Source: an uncultured Bacteriovoracaceae bacterium | GTDB lineage: Bacteria > Bdellovibrionota > Bacteriovoracia > Bacteriovoracales > Bacteriovoracaceae | Direction of reading: 5' to 3' | Length of the DNA stretch: 64,000 bases | Assembly: GCA_964012805.1 (NCBI GenBank) | Contig: CAXGUD010000001.1 | Span: 208,731 to 272,730 of the forward strand | Part shown: positions 9,484 through 20,066 of the stretch, one piece after another | How the letters are laid out: each line of letters begins with the position of its first letter | Position numbering within the stretch: position 1 is the stretch's first letter | The notes under the pieces: generated by a model | Told to the model about the DNA's origin: nothing | The model's input: only the letters and a program-made list of their open reading frames with translations | The model's database searches: none | Position numbers and translations under genes: made by a program

Positions 9484-10232
9484 TGAAATACTTTAAAACA
9501 GCTTTTCTTCACGCTCTTATAATTTTCCTTCTAGGAATACGATTCATAAATGCTAAGGAAGTACCTCCACTTACAGGGCCTGTGATTGATGAAGCTGGTA
9601 TTTTATCGGCTTCAACAAAAGCGTCCTTTGAAAGTATCCTTAGAAGTTTCCACAAAAAAAACGGTCCTCAAATCCAACTCTACATAGCGAAGTCCCTTGA
9701 AGGTGAGACTATTGAAGGTCATAGCATCAAAGTGGTCGATGAATGGAAATTAGGAGATGAAAAAAAAGACGATGGGGTTCTCTTTCTTATTGCCATGAAA
9801 GACAAAAAAATGAGGATTGAAGTGGGTCAAGGTCTCGAAGGAAGCTTAACTGACCTTAAAGCAGGTAGAATTGTAGATCATCTTAAAGTCTATTTTAAAA
9901 AAGGGGAGTATGAAAAAGGCATATATATTGGTCTCAGCCTAATTGTAAAAGTTTTAGGAGGAGATATAAAAGAAATTCCAAAAGTACGAAGAAGCAGAGG
10001 GTACCGAAAAACCGGTGAAATGCAATCTTTAGGAGACTTCCTTCCCTTGGTATTTATAATTTTATTTATTATTATTTCATCTTTTAGAAGAAACAGATTC
10101 TCATATTTTGGTAGTCATTACTCTGGAGGCTTTTCTGGCGGTGGTTTTTCCGGAGGAGGCTTTTCTAGTGGCGGAAGCTGGGGAGGTAGCGGTGGTGGAT
10201 TTTCTGGTGGTGGCGCCAGTGGTGGATGGTAA
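9483..10232 (+). CDS. TPM-domain (YgcG-like) membrane protein with Gly-rich tail
   Basis: 'GPVIDEAGIL', 'DDGVLFLIA', 'RIEVGQGLEG', C-terminal GGGFSGGGASGGW; coupled to lemA. Confidence 0.9.
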   Translation: MKYFKTAFLHALIIFLLGIRFINAKEVPPLTGPVIDEAGILSASTKASFESILRSFHKKNGPQIQLYIAKSLEGETIEGHSIKVVDEWKLGDEKKDDGVLFLIAMKDKKMRIEVGQGLEGSLTDLKAGRIVDHLKVYFKKGEYEKGIYIGLSLIVKVLGGDIKEIPKVRRSRGYRKTGEMQSLGDFLPLVFIILFIIISSFRRNRFSYFGSHYSGGFSGGGFSGGGFSSGGSWGGSGGGFSGGGASGGW

Positions 10233-10262
10233 AAAAAATAGATATGAAAAAGAGGTTCATTA

Positions 10263-10886
10263 ATGAATTTTAGTAAAGAAGATCAAATTAAAGTAGAAGA
10301 AGCAATTAAAACGATTGAATTAACGACATCAGGTGAAATTGTACCGGCCATATTTCGCCAAAGTGACTTTTACCCTGCTTCTCACTTTAGACTTTCCCTC
10401 TTTGTTGGACTTTTAATTCCTTCTCTTTTGCTTTTCTTTACTGACATAGCTCAAACACCAACAGAAGTCTTGTGGTACCAGATACCTGGTATTGTTATAG
10501 GCTATTATTTAGCTTACATTCCGCAGCTCAAACGGTTTTTCTCGACCAAAGCAGAAAAATTGGAAGAAGTCCATCAAAGGGCCCTTCAGGCTTTTTTCGA
10601 AAATAATCTTCATACGACCAAAGAGCGCACAGGTATTCTTATAATGATTTCTGTACTAGAGCATAGAGTTGAAATATTGGCGGATAAGGGTATTAACGAT
10701 AAAGTTCCAAAAGACACCTGGAACAAAATACTTGCTCCTCTTGTTTATAGTCTAAAAAATGACCGTTTGGGAGAAGGTCTTGTCCAAACAATCGTGGAGT
10801 GTGGAAAAGTTCTATCCATGCATTTTCCAATTCAAGAAGATGACAAAAATGAACTTTCAAATAAAATTGTTACAGATAATAATTAA
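10263..10886 (+). CDS. TPM-domain membrane protein (third gene of lemA operon)
   Basis: 'TSGEIV', 'TKERTGILI', 'EILADKGIN', 'NELSN'. Confidence 0.85.
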   Translation: MNFSKEDQIKVEEAIKTIELTTSGEIVPAIFRQSDFYPASHFRLSLFVGLLIPSLLLFFTDIAQTPTEVLWYQIPGIVIGYYLAYIPQLKRFFSTKAEKLEEVHQRALQAFFENNLHTTKERTGILIMISVLEHRVEILADKGINDKVPKDTWNKILAPLVYSLKNDRLGEGLVQTIVECGKVLSMHFPIQEDDKNELSNKIVTDNN

Positions 10887-10908
10887 ATTTTTTAAACTAG
10901 GTTATGTA

Positions 10909-11439
10909 ATGATGGTGGCTTCATTGAAAAAAGTTAATCGATTAATTTTTTTTTTCTTTTCACTTATGGCCTTTACTAACATCTATACCATAAGAGCTAA
11001 CGCAAACATCGAAATAAAAGAAAATGAAATTTTTACTCTCGCGAAAATTGATAGAACGCCACAAAAAGAAGTACAGAAAATAAAAAAGACTGAGAAGTAT
11101 CCATTAAGTTATAGTGAAGCGATCAACTTACTGGAATTTAAATTGCTTAATGATCAGTCTCCATCTTCACTATTTCACTATACATACCTATCAGAAGAAA
11201 GCAAAAGCAGCCGTGAGCTAACCCAGGAACAAATTCTCAAAACGATGATCAAATATTTAAAGAAATCTAGAGTAAAACTAAGCCAAAGCGAACTTGATGG
11301 GCAAGCCTGGCCGAAGCTAAAATCAGAAAGTCACCTTCTTTTTATCCTTAGTTACAATATGGATGGTTTCATAGCACTAGTTAAATTCATTATTGACCGA
11401 AAAAATGGAACAATTTCCCTAGAGGAAATTGCTGATTAG
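10909..11439 (+). CDS. hypothetical exported protein
   Basis: Hydrophobic signal-like segment after ATG 10909 (the ORF-track start 10759 overlaps the upstream gene). Confidence 0.5.
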   Translation: MMVASLKKVNRLIFFFFSLMAFTNIYTIRANANIEIKENEIFTLAKIDRTPQKEVQKIKKTEKYPLSYSEAINLLEFKLLNDQSPSSLFHYTYLSEESKSSRELTQEQILKTMIKYLKKSRVKLSQSELDGQAWPKLKSESHLLFILSYNMDGFIALVKFIIDRKNGTISLEEIAD

Positions 11440-12185
11440 TTCAAATCGAATTTTTTTATTACTTGAGGTAATTCACCCAAAGACTTAATTTCGATGTCAG
11501 CTCTAACTTCCTGTCTCTCCTCATTACCTTTTTGATTAAGCCAAACTGTCTTGAAGCCACTTCTTTGTCCGCCTAAAATATCATTATATATACGATCTCC
11601 AACATGAATGACCTCTTCTGATTTTAAATTTAAACCTCTAAGAGTATTCAAGAAAATGTCCTTATGTGGCTTAGAAACACCAACCTCATTAGAAAATGAA
11701 AAACACTCAAATAAATCCAACATTCCATTATCCTTTAAAATTGTACGGATTCCCTCTCCTGACGTATAAATAGCATCTGATGTTATGGCCAACTTATATT
11801 GTTTGCTTAGCTCCTTCAAAATATTCAGGCAGCCATCGAAAGGATCGGGTTGTACTTCAACTTCCATATTTTCAAGTTTTGAAACAAGCTCTAAAAGAGA
11901 CTCTCTACTAAGACTTACTTTTAGAGTTTCACAAATTTTTTCCACTCTCTCTTCAACAACTGGAGTTCTATGGAAAGTCTTCCATTCATTTTCAAACCAT
12001 TTTTTCTCATCATTAATTCCTCTTATTAAAAAAGATGATGAACCTCCTTTAAAAGAAAGATAACTATCCAACAAATGAAAACGCTCTTCGGCCTTGGGTC
12101 GGAGGCCTAAACCTGCTCTTTTCTTTTCATCGGAATCATCAACAAAAAGAGTGTCCCAAAAATCAAAAGAGATACCTTTAATCAT
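11436..12185 (-). CDS. HAD-superfamily hydrolase
   Basis: Motif I 'FDFWDTL', motif II 'ITSD', 'SKP', motif IV 'HVGD..YND'. Confidence 0.9.
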   Translation of the reverse strand: MIKGISFDFWDTLFVDDSDEKKRAGLGLRPKAEERFHLLDSYLSFKGGSSSFLIRGINDEKKWFENEWKTFHRTPVVEERVEKICETLKVSLSRESLLELVSKLENMEVEVQPDPFDGCLNILKELSKQYKLAITSDAIYTSGEGIRTILKDNGMLDLFECFSFSNEVGVSKPHKDIFLNTLRGLNLKSEEVIHVGDRIYNDILGGQRSGFKTVWLNQKGNEERQEVRADIEIKSLGELPQVIKKFDLN

Positions 12186-12479
12186 AAACAACTCTCCATT
12201 AAGTATTCATAAGCTGTTTTTAAGTATTCAATAAAATCTATTTGGTTGTTTACTACATATTAGCACGATTGAAAAAAAGAACCTAAATTTAAGGTGTCTA
12301 TATTATTATAAGGAATTGAAATTAAATAAAACCTTCTTATTCATAAAATTTATTTACTCCATTAAAATGACAATTTTTTACCTAATGTTAAAAAGCGATC
12401 AAAAAAACCTTTTCATCCAATAATCTTTTGCTATATTGCACCAGATTTTTTAAACGCACAGATCTTGGAAAACTAAATT

Positions 12480-13046
12480 ATGAAGCTATTTACGTTAACT
12501 ATATTAATGATGTCATTTCTTACCTGCCTCTCAGCACCTGTAAATGCCAAAGTACGCTCTAAGTACAAACCAAGCAGAGTAAAACATCCTATTTACCACT
12601 TTATTCTAACTTTAAGGCCGAAAATGAATAGAAGATTGGCCATGAAGTACTCAAATAGTTTTTATAGATATAGCAGAAAATATGAATTAGACCCATACTT
12701 ACTTGTATCAATAGCGATGCAGGAAAGTGGTATTAGCCCTAGTAAGATTAGAGTCGTAAAAGGTTATGTTGCTGTTGATGGCAAGTATGTTCCTATGGAA
12801 ATAGAGACTGACTTTTGCATGATGCAAATCCACTACAGAAATGTTGAAATTATGAACCTTGATTTAAAAAAGCTCCAAACAGACTACGACTACTGTATTT
12901 CTATAGGGGCCAAGATTTTGGCATCCTTTAAAAGGCTTGAAAAAGATGGCCAGGAACATTGGTGGTCTAGGTATAATGCAAGAAGCCCTTATAAAAGAAG
13001 AATTTACGAAAGCCTTGTAAACCGTTATTATGATCTACGCCCATAG
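12480..13046 (+). CDS. secreted lytic transglycosylase (SLT domain)
   Basis: Signal peptide; 'LDPYLLVSIAMQESG' (catalytic Glu), 'MMQI', 'RYN'. Confidence 0.75.
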   Translation: MKLFTLTILMMSFLTCLSAPVNAKVRSKYKPSRVKHPIYHFILTLRPKMNRRLAMKYSNSFYRYSRKYELDPYLLVSIAMQESGISPSKIRVVKGYVAVDGKYVPMEIETDFCMMQIHYRNVEIMNLDLKKLQTDYDYCISIGAKILASFKRLEKDGQEHWWSRYNARSPYKRRIYESLVNRYYDLRP

Positions 13047-13161
13047 GTGAGATTTATTAGGTTATTATTTATATAATAAACTTCTAAGAAGTAGGCCAAG
13101 AACAAAACTGTTCAAACCATTCTCTAGCTTTCTCATAACCCATTTCAAAGGATTTATTGAG

Positions 13162-13524
13162 ATGAAAAAGCAATTAGATCTTGAAGCTATTTTTAAATAT
13201 CAAAGGAAATTTGCATCAGACCGAGAATGGGAACAATTTCATACACCAAAAAACCTAGCTATGGCGCTTTCGGTAGAAGCAAGCGAGCTTCTTGAAATCT
13301 TTCAATGGCTCACACCAGAGCAGTCTAAAAATATCGAAAAAAACACTGATTTAATGAAGTCTGTTAAAGACGAAGTTTCAGATACTCTTTATTACCTTTT
13401 GCGAATGACTGATCTTTTGAATATAGACCTTGAAAAGGCGCTATCAAATAAAATGGCCGAAAACGAAAAAAAATATCCGGTTGAAAAATCAAAAGGTATC
13501 GCTAAAAAGTATAATCAACTTTAA
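13162..13524 (+). CDS. MazG-like nucleotide pyrophosphohydrolase (RS21-C6/DCTPP1 type)
   Basis: 'REWEQFHTPKNLAMALSVEASELLEIFQW', 'DEVSD', 'NEKKYP'. Confidence 0.92.
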   Translation: MKKQLDLEAIFKYQRKFASDREWEQFHTPKNLAMALSVEASELLEIFQWLTPEQSKNIEKNTDLMKSVKDEVSDTLYYLLRMTDLLNIDLEKALSNKMAENEKKYPVEKSKGIAKKYNQL

Positions 13525-13862
13525 AAGCCTTTTCCATAAGTCAAAATTAACTCATCTTTATCTAGAGTTAAACGAAAGTCCTTGTAATTTACTTTTACCT
13601 CTTTGGTAATTAGCATGACAGCCGCCCCTGATAACTTTTTGGCCATATCATGCGATAAAACATTTCCAACTGCATTTTTAACCTTGTTTTCAAATTTACT
13701 TTTAAACCTCTTTTGCATATTTTTGACTTCACTCACTGTTCTTAAGGCTTTAAGCCCTGTCTTTAATGGTGAGAATTCTTTTTTTTCTAATTTAGAATGT
13801 GCCGGAAAAACTATGATTAAAAGTGAAATAGATGTTAATAGCATAATGGCAAGACGGATCAC
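13521..13862 (-). CDS. small hypothetical exported protein
   Basis: GTG start behind GGAAGG; signal peptide ending AHS; C-terminal aromatic residue. Confidence 0.55.
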   Translation of the reverse strand: MIRLAIMLLTSISLLIIVFPAHSKLEKKEFSPLKTGLKALRTVSEVKNMQKRFKSKFENKVKNAVGNVLSHDMAKKLSGAAVMLITKEVKVNYKDFRLTLDKDELILTYGKGF

Positions 13863-14002
13863 TAAACCTTCCTTAGATTAAAAGTCACCAACAAAAGACT
13901 AATTTTCATCGGGTTATTGCCAACTTTTTTTTACTAATATCCACCATAATCTCATAATTTTTATTTTAAGCTAAGGCGTTAAATTTTTCTTAGAAAGAAG
14001 AA

Positions 14003-14034
14003 AGGGCACTTTTTAAAAAAAGTAAAAATGCCCT
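14003..14034 (-). terminator. putative intrinsic terminator
   Basis: AGGGCA...TGCCCT inverted repeat followed by a T-rich tract on the minus strand, downstream of 14055. Confidence 0.45.
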
Positions 14035-14054
14035 ATAAAGTACTAAATTTTTAT

Positions 14055-14315
14055 CTACTTTTTTTCTGAGTAATTTTCTCTAAATTCATTGAAATATTTA
14101 AAGTCACTTAAAATAAGAGGTAACCCTTTTTCATCTTTAACAATCATTCCATACTCTGTAACTCCTTCTTCATATTCTTGGAGAATCAAGAAGTCTGTAT
14201 TTATGTCATCCATTGGCAACTCATCCTTAGTATCACTTCTCTTTTCTCTTACATAAGATTTTTCCCAGGGGACAATAATAATTTTGTCCACTTCATTTTT
14301 TTTTTCTCCTCTCAT
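14055..14315 (-). CDS. hypothetical protein
   Basis: GGAGG upstream of ATG 14315 (MRGEKK...); 86 aa. Confidence 0.55.
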   Translation of the reverse strand: MRGEKKNEVDKIIIVPWEKSYVREKRSDTKDELPMDDINTDFLILQEYEEGVTEYGMIVKDEKGLPLILSDFKYFNEFRENYSEKK

Positions 14316-14448
14316 ATTTTTAAACCTCCAAAAATTTATATACAGACTATTATAATTCCTTAAAAAAAATAAATGATACCTTTTATTTGATAACATTAAT
14401 ATTTTTTATAAAATATAAAAACTATTTGCTCAACTATAACTGCTAATT

Positions 14449-15264
14449 TTAGATTTTTTTAAAAGCAAGATTCTTATACCTAATCATTTTACTTTTTTGA
14501 GTCCACTCAGCCACCTGAGTTAAAAGATAACCCATCTTACTTTTTGAAAAAACTTTTTTAACAATTGGGTAAGTTGGTAAAGTGCTTTCATTAATATCTT
14601 CAATTTCTTCAATTTCAAAATAATTTTCTTTGGCAAATGACTCATAAGCTTCACAGGTGCACAATTGTATATTTCCATAAAAGGGAATACCTGATTTTTT
14701 TAGAGACATATTAAATAAGTTTGGAAAATCAAAAGAAAGAACAAAATCTGATAAAACCAATTGCCCTCCACCTTTTAAAACTCTGTAGGCTTCACTAAAA
14801 AAATGGTTTCGGTCTGGGAAGTGAAAAATACATTCCACTGCCAAAACAATATCAAAAGAATTGTCATTAAAAGGCAATTTGCAAGCATCCCCTTGAATAA
14901 AAGAGATGTCATTACCGTTTTTTTGAAATACCTTTTGTTTGGCCCGATCAATCTGTCTTTGATCAATATTAACGCCAACAATTTTAAGATCATGAAACTC
15001 CTCATTTATAAGAGAAATCGTTCCACCAAAACCGCACCCTACTTCCAGAACTGCTTGTCCATCAACAATATTTGCTAATGCCAAAAGTTTTTTAGAGAGG
15101 GCCTTAGAAGCATTTTGAAAATCTTCTATCGATCCATTAGCTGAATTAGGATTTTCCCAATAACCCCAGTGAATATGTTCACCAAATACCTGTTCCATTT
15201 CCTTATTTTGTTTTTCAATCTCTGACAAAATAAGATCAAAATAGGGAAGGTTAAACCTTTTAAT
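14449..15264 (-). CDS. class I SAM-dependent methyltransferase (sterol/tocopherol MT-like, HWGYW type)
   Basis: 'HIHWGYW', 'VLEVGCGFGG', 'GDACKLPF', 'AVECIFHF'. Proposed ATT start at 15264 behind AAGGAGG (ORF track: TTG 15228). Confidence 0.85.
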   Translation of the reverse strand: MKRFNLPYFDLILSEIEKQNKEMEQVFGEHIHWGYWENPNSANGSIEDFQNASKALSKKLLALANIVDGQAVLEVGCGFGGTISLINEEFHDLKIVGVNIDQRQIDRAKQKVFQKNGNDISFIQGDACKLPFNDNSFDIVLAVECIFHFPDRNHFFSEAYRVLKGGGQLVLSDFVLSFDFPNLFNMSLKKSGIPFYGNIQLCTCEAYESFAKENYFEIEEIEDINESTLPTYPIVKKVFSKSKMGYLLTQVAEWTQKSKMIRYKNLAFKKI

Positions 15265-15431
15265 ATTTGCCTCCTTAAAAATTATTTAGCTTTTATTATC
15301 CTACAACCTTAACGACAAAGCTTTAAATTTTAAAAAAAGCCCTACTAAATAGTTCAAAGAAACTCCTTAACATTTAATAGTTAAATTATATTTCCGATAT
15401 TAAGAGGAAGTAATTTTGATAACGAGGACAT

Positions 15432-16511
15432 ATGGCCCTTAAAAAGAAACCTGCACCTCAAGGTAAATCCCCGGTTCCAACAAAGCCTGGGCTAAAAAGG
15501 TACTCTCAAGGGGATCTTCTATTTAGGGAAGGAGAATCAGCTAATGCTCTTTATATAATTAAGGAAGGGCAAATCCGTCTCTTTAGACCTAAAGGAAAAG
15601 GATTTATTGAAATAGCTATTTTAAGAAAAGGTGAAGTGATTGGCGAAATGGCCTATTTTGATACCGCTAATAAAAGAAGAAGTTGTTCGGCTTCTGCTCT
15701 TACAACACTTCAAATTATAGAAATACCCTTCGATTCACTAGACAAGGCCCTCAAAGGCTTGAATCCCTGGTTTAAAACGATTGTTATTACTTTGGCAGAC
15801 AGGCTCAGAAAAACAAATAATCAATTAAAAGAGCTCGAGTCAAACTCAGTTGGTTATGCAACCAAGGGAAAAGCTGCTCAATACACCTTTTTTACTAATA
15901 CAGATATCGTTAAAGGTTTAAGTCTTCTTTTTACAACGTTTAAGACTTTCGGAAACTTTAATAAGGGTGAATATAAATTAAATAAAAGCACCCTTAAAAT
16001 TCAAATGAATGAAATGAATTCATACCCTGAAATTAAGTTAGAAGAACTTGTGAGAGTTCTTAAGGAGCTTAAATATGTGGATGAAAAAAAAGCAGAAAAT
16101 GGAGAGGCAATTCTCCTGGCCTATAAGATGACTCAAATACATGAAGCAGTTGTCTTCTTTAACAAAGAAAGAAGAACTGAAGACAGCAAAAAATTAAAGA
16201 TACCAGAAAAAACTGAACAACTCCTTTCTGCTGTTATGGCACAACTTAAAACTGTTGCTATTAACGCAAAAGGAAAAGCAGAAGTTAACCTATCTAAAAT
16301 TCTAGACAAGTTTAAACAAAAGAAAATTCCAGTATTCGTTGAAGACTTTGCACCAGCAGTCGAGCAAGGCTTCGCAGAGGAAATTTACTTCGACAACTCT
16401 AGTCAAATGATTTCAATCATTAATGTCAAATACCTTGAAAGCGCAATGCCTGCCATTCAAATGAGAAACTTTTTTGATAAAGTAAACCGTGAAAAAGCTG
16501 ATAACAGCTAA
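15432..16511 (+). CDS. cyclic nucleotide-binding (Crp/Fnr-like) domain protein
   Basis: 'LFREGESANALYIIKEGQI', 'GEVIGEMAYF', 'RRSCSASA'. Confidence 0.85.
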   Translation: MALKKKPAPQGKSPVPTKPGLKRYSQGDLLFREGESANALYIIKEGQIRLFRPKGKGFIEIAILRKGEVIGEMAYFDTANKRRSCSASALTTLQIIEIPFDSLDKALKGLNPWFKTIVITLADRLRKTNNQLKELESNSVGYATKGKAAQYTFFTNTDIVKGLSLLFTTFKTFGNFNKGEYKLNKSTLKIQMNEMNSYPEIKLEELVRVLKELKYVDEKKAENGEAILLAYKMTQIHEAVVFFNKERRTEDSKKLKIPEKTEQLLSAVMAQLKTVAINAKGKAEVNLSKILDKFKQKKIPVFVEDFAPAVEQGFAEEIYFDNSSQMISIINVKYLESAMPAIQMRNFFDKVNREKADNS

Positions 16512-16568
16512 TTGTCCAATCCTCTAAAATTCGATAATATCCCGTTTCAACAATGAAAGGGGTCTAGA

Positions 16569-18458
16569 GTGATGGCACGAATTGAAGAACTTCAAACACT
16601 CATTTTGAAACACAAAGCGTTATACTACCAGGGTATTCCAACTATTTCAGATACCGAATATGATGCCCTTGAAGAAGAACTAAAAAAACTAGATCCAGAT
16701 AATTTTACTCTTAAACTTGTTGGGACAAGTCTAAAATCTGGAAAAAAAATAAAGCATGCAACAAAGATGCTCTCTTTAGATAAAACTTATAGCTCTGATG
16801 ATCTACAAAAGTGGATCCAAGAAAGAAAAGTCATTAGCACCCCAAAAATAGATGGAATGTCAGGCTCGCTTATTTACGATAATGGACAACTCACAATAGC
16901 CAAAACAAGAGGCGATGGACAATTTGGAGAAGACATCTTTGATAAAGTTTCTTGGATGAATTCTGTACCAAAAACTATAAATGATAAGAGGACCCTCGAA
17001 ATTAGAGGAGAAATATTTTGCTACGAAAAAGATTTTTCCATTCTTAAAGACAAAATGACTCTTTTAGGACTTGATGCTCCAACCTCTCAAAGAAATATAG
17101 TCGCTGGATTAATTTCAAGGAAAGAAAACATCCCTTTATGCCAACACTTATCCTTTAAGGCCTTCGAACTTTTAGGAAAAGAGATTGACTTAAGCTCAGA
17201 GTCTGAGAAAGTAGATTACCTAAGGAAGCTTGGTTTTGATCTCCCCCCCTTTATTCTTCACAAATCCTTTGAAACAGTCTCAGAAGAAATTGACAGAATA
17301 AAAGTGTTTATGAATGAAGGTGATTATCTTATTGATGGTCTTGTTTTTTCTTACGACAATCTAGAGCTTCATAAAACTCTTGGAGAAACCTCACATCACC
17401 CTCGTTATAAAATGGCCTTTAAGTTTCAAGGAGAAGTAAAAACAGCGACAATTCAAGAAGTAAAATGGAATGTCTCAAGAAATGGTATTCTTACTCCTGT
17501 AGCAAGAATAAACCCAACCGAACTTTCGGGTGCACAGATTACAAATGTCACACTTCATAATTATGGAGTTGTCAGAGACTCTAACCTTAAAGAAGGGGAT
17601 CAAATAAAAATTACCCGAAGTGGTGAAGTTATTCCAAAGTTTTTATCTGTTATCAAATCCACTGATGGCAAAATGAAGCTTCCAGACTCATGTCCAAGTT
17701 GTAAAGGTTCTGTTGACATTGTAGATATTAGAATTCTTTGTAAAAGCTCCCAATGTCCTGCTCAAATCAAAGAAAGTATTCTTAACTTCATCCAAAAAAT
17801 CAGTATTGATGACCTAAGCTCTAAAAGGCTTGAAGAGATGATGAAGATTGGATTGGTTAAAACGATACCAGATCTTTACCGCTTAAGTTTTGATGACCTA
17901 ATGAAACTAGACAAAACGAAAGAAAAGATGGCCAATAAACTTCTGGAAAATATTTCAAAAACAAAAAGTGAAACAGACCTTACAACTTTTCTTTCTTCCT
18001 TAGGACTTAATGGTGGTGCTTATAATAAATGTGAGAAAATCGTCAAAGCTGGTTATGACTCTATACCTAAGTTAAAAAAAATGACTCTAGATAATTTATG
18101 TTCCATTGATGGCTTTGCAGAAAAGTCGTCTAAAGACCTCCTCACATCCTTAAAAAACAAGTTTACTATAATTGATGAGCTTACTACCCTTGGCCTAAAA
18201 CCAATTTTACCCACTGAACAGACATCAACACTAAGCGGAAAGGCCATTTGTATTACTGGTACTTTATCTGAAAAAAGAAGCGTTATAGAAGATAAATTAA
18301 GGCAAAGTGGGATGAAAATTGTAAAATCAGTTTCTAAGAATACAGATTATCTTCTAACTAATGACCCCAATTCCTCTTCAAGTAAATGCAAAAAGGCAAT
18401 TGAGTTAGGCCTTTCTATAATAAGCGAAACTGAACTAGAAAAGTTACTTAAAAGCTAA
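16569..18458 (+). CDS. ligA: NAD-dependent DNA ligase
   Basis: 'ISDTEYD', 'MLSLDK', 'KIDG', 'TRGDG', 'EIRGE', 'HHPRYKMAFKF', 'RSGEVIP', Zn finger CPSC..C..C, C-terminal BRCT. Confidence 0.97.
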   Translation: MMARIEELQTLILKHKALYYQGIPTISDTEYDALEEELKKLDPDNFTLKLVGTSLKSGKKIKHATKMLSLDKTYSSDDLQKWIQERKVISTPKIDGMSGSLIYDNGQLTIAKTRGDGQFGEDIFDKVSWMNSVPKTINDKRTLEIRGEIFCYEKDFSILKDKMTLLGLDAPTSQRNIVAGLISRKENIPLCQHLSFKAFELLGKEIDLSSESEKVDYLRKLGFDLPPFILHKSFETVSEEIDRIKVFMNEGDYLIDGLVFSYDNLELHKTLGETSHHPRYKMAFKFQGEVKTATIQEVKWNVSRNGILTPVARINPTELSGAQITNVTLHNYGVVRDSNLKEGDQIKITRSGEVIPKFLSVIKSTDGKMKLPDSCPSCKGSVDIVDIRILCKSSQCPAQIKESILNFIQKISIDDLSSKRLEEMMKIGLVKTIPDLYRLSFDDLMKLDKTKEKMANKLLENISKTKSETDLTTFLSSLGLNGGAYNKCEKIVKAGYDSIPKLKKMTLDNLCSIDGFAEKSSKDLLTSLKNKFTIIDELTTLGLKPILPTEQTSTLSGKAICITGTLSEKRSVIEDKLRQSGMKIVKSVSKNTDYLLTNDPNSSSSKCKKAIELGLSIISETELEKLLKS

Positions 18459-18506
18459 TAAGCCTTTTTTTCCTCTTTCATTATAGAGAGCCTAATTGGA
18501 TAAAAA

Positions 18507-19208
18507 ATGTTTAAACATTTTCTTAAAAAATTTTTCCAACAGTTTGTTTATCTTTTCATTAGACTTGTCTACAGCACTTACGAGTTGAAATTTACAGGGT
18601 TGGATAACCTTAAAAAGGCAGAGGCAGCTTCTCCAAAGACTGGAGTAATCTTTGTTTTATGGCATGAGCACCTTATATCAGGAATAATTGGGTTAAGAAA
18701 CTTCCAACCGATAGCAATTGTCAGCTCATCTAAAGATGGAGACCTTATCGCCCACACAATGGAAAGAATGGGCTTTGGTATGGCCAGGGGAAGCTCAACT
18801 CGTGGAGGGGCACAAGCTCTTTTAAAAGCTGTAAAAGGGCTAAAAAATAAGCGCCCAATTGTTCTAACTGTTGATGGGCCAAAAGGCCCTAGGAATATTT
18901 CAAAACCTGGTGCTCTTTCTTTATCCAAAAAAACACAAGCCCCCATAATTCCTCTTACTCCTATTACAAAAGAACCATTCATTTTTAAAAATTCCTGGGA
19001 TCAATGTAAGCTTCCCCTTCCCTTTTCTAAAATCATTGTAAGGCTGGGTGATATTATTGAACCTCCCCAGACATCTAATTCAGAAGAAGCTCAAAGCTAT
19101 CAGAATCAACTCGACCACTTTCTTTTCATAAATGAAGAAAAGGCAAAAAATGATCTAAAAACGTGGAAAAAGTTAAAAAATTTTAAGGTCCCCGTGAAAC
19201 ATCTTTAA
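18507..19208 (+). CDS. DUF374/lysophospholipid acyltransferase-family protein
   Basis: 'LWHE', 'SKDGD', 'RGSSTRGG', 'TVDGPKGP', 'SWD...LPLPF'. Confidence 0.88.
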   Translation: MFKHFLKKFFQQFVYLFIRLVYSTYELKFTGLDNLKKAEAASPKTGVIFVLWHEHLISGIIGLRNFQPIAIVSSSKDGDLIAHTMERMGFGMARGSSTRGGAQALLKAVKGLKNKRPIVLTVDGPKGPRNISKPGALSLSKKTQAPIIPLTPITKEPFIFKNSWDQCKLPLPFSKIIVRLGDIIEPPQTSNSEEAQSYQNQLDHFLFINEEKAKNDLKTWKKLKNFKVPVKHL

Positions 19209-19360
19209 AAAATATGAAAAGGCCTTCACATAAATTTAGATTTTTCACTTTTTACATCAAGTTAACTTTAAGGTTCAAAAATTGACATAAACATAACTTT
19301 ACTAAATTTTACGAGAGACCTACCATTTTCCTAAATAAAATCTTTTTAACCGGAGGAAAC

Positions 19361-20041
19361 ATGAAAAATCTTAAGAAAGTAATATTATTGATCTGTGTTC
19401 TTGGAATGAGCAATGCTTATTCAATTGGTAAGAAAAACAAAATCCAGGATGCTAGAAACATGATGCAAGAAGGAACTTTAAGCGCTGATGAGACGTGCTT
19501 AGATGAATACCTAACTGCACAAAGCCAATACAAAAGAATGCTAACGCTTGGCGTTGTTGGAAGAGGTGCTGTCGGTGCAGCTTCAGGAACTGTAGCTGCT
19601 GGTAGCATTGTAGGAGGGGCTGCCCTTTCTTATGGTGCTGGTGCTGCCGCTGCTGCTAGTGCAGCTGCTTCAGTAGCTGCTGCTGGTGCCGTCACAGGTG
19701 CAGTTGTTGTTGCTCCTGCAGTTGTTGTTTACGGAACTGTCTCTGCCACCAAGCTTATTCAGACAAATTATATGATTAAAGTTTTAAGAGATGCTTACAA
19801 AGGAAGAGGCTCTTCTCTCAATAAGTTCACCAAGAAATTCTTGAGAAGAAATAAAGAAGCCAGAGGTTATATGACAAGAGAGGAAATGAGACAAATCGTT
19901 TTAGACCTAGATCAAGCTGGTGCTTTGTGTGACGGTTCAATGAAAAAGCAAAGAAGAATTCATAAGCTTCGTGTTCCTAGACAAAGACAAAAATTGGCTT
20001 TGAAAAAAGACATTTACAAGTACATCAAGAATACGCTCTAG
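19361..20041 (+). CDS. secreted hypothetical protein with long Gly/Ala/Val hydrophobic segment
   Basis: GGAGG RBS, signal peptide, about 65-aa G/A/V stretch, basic C-terminus, two Cys in the mature region. Confidence 0.7.
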   Translation: MKNLKKVILLICVLGMSNAYSIGKKNKIQDARNMMQEGTLSADETCLDEYLTAQSQYKRMLTLGVVGRGAVGAASGTVAAGSIVGGAALSYGAGAAAAASAAASVAAAGAVTGAVVVAPAVVVYGTVSATKLIQTNYMIKVLRDAYKGRGSSLNKFTKKFLRRNKEARGYMTREEMRQIVLDLDQAGALCDGSMKKQRRIHKLRVPRQRQKLALKKDIYKYIKNTL

Positions 20042-20066
20042 AATAATCCTTTATATTTAGAGTACT

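Noticed and set aside
10122..10232. GGT/GGC-rich repeat
   Set aside because: Ordinary Gly-rich tail of a YgcG/TPM protein, not a DNA repeat element
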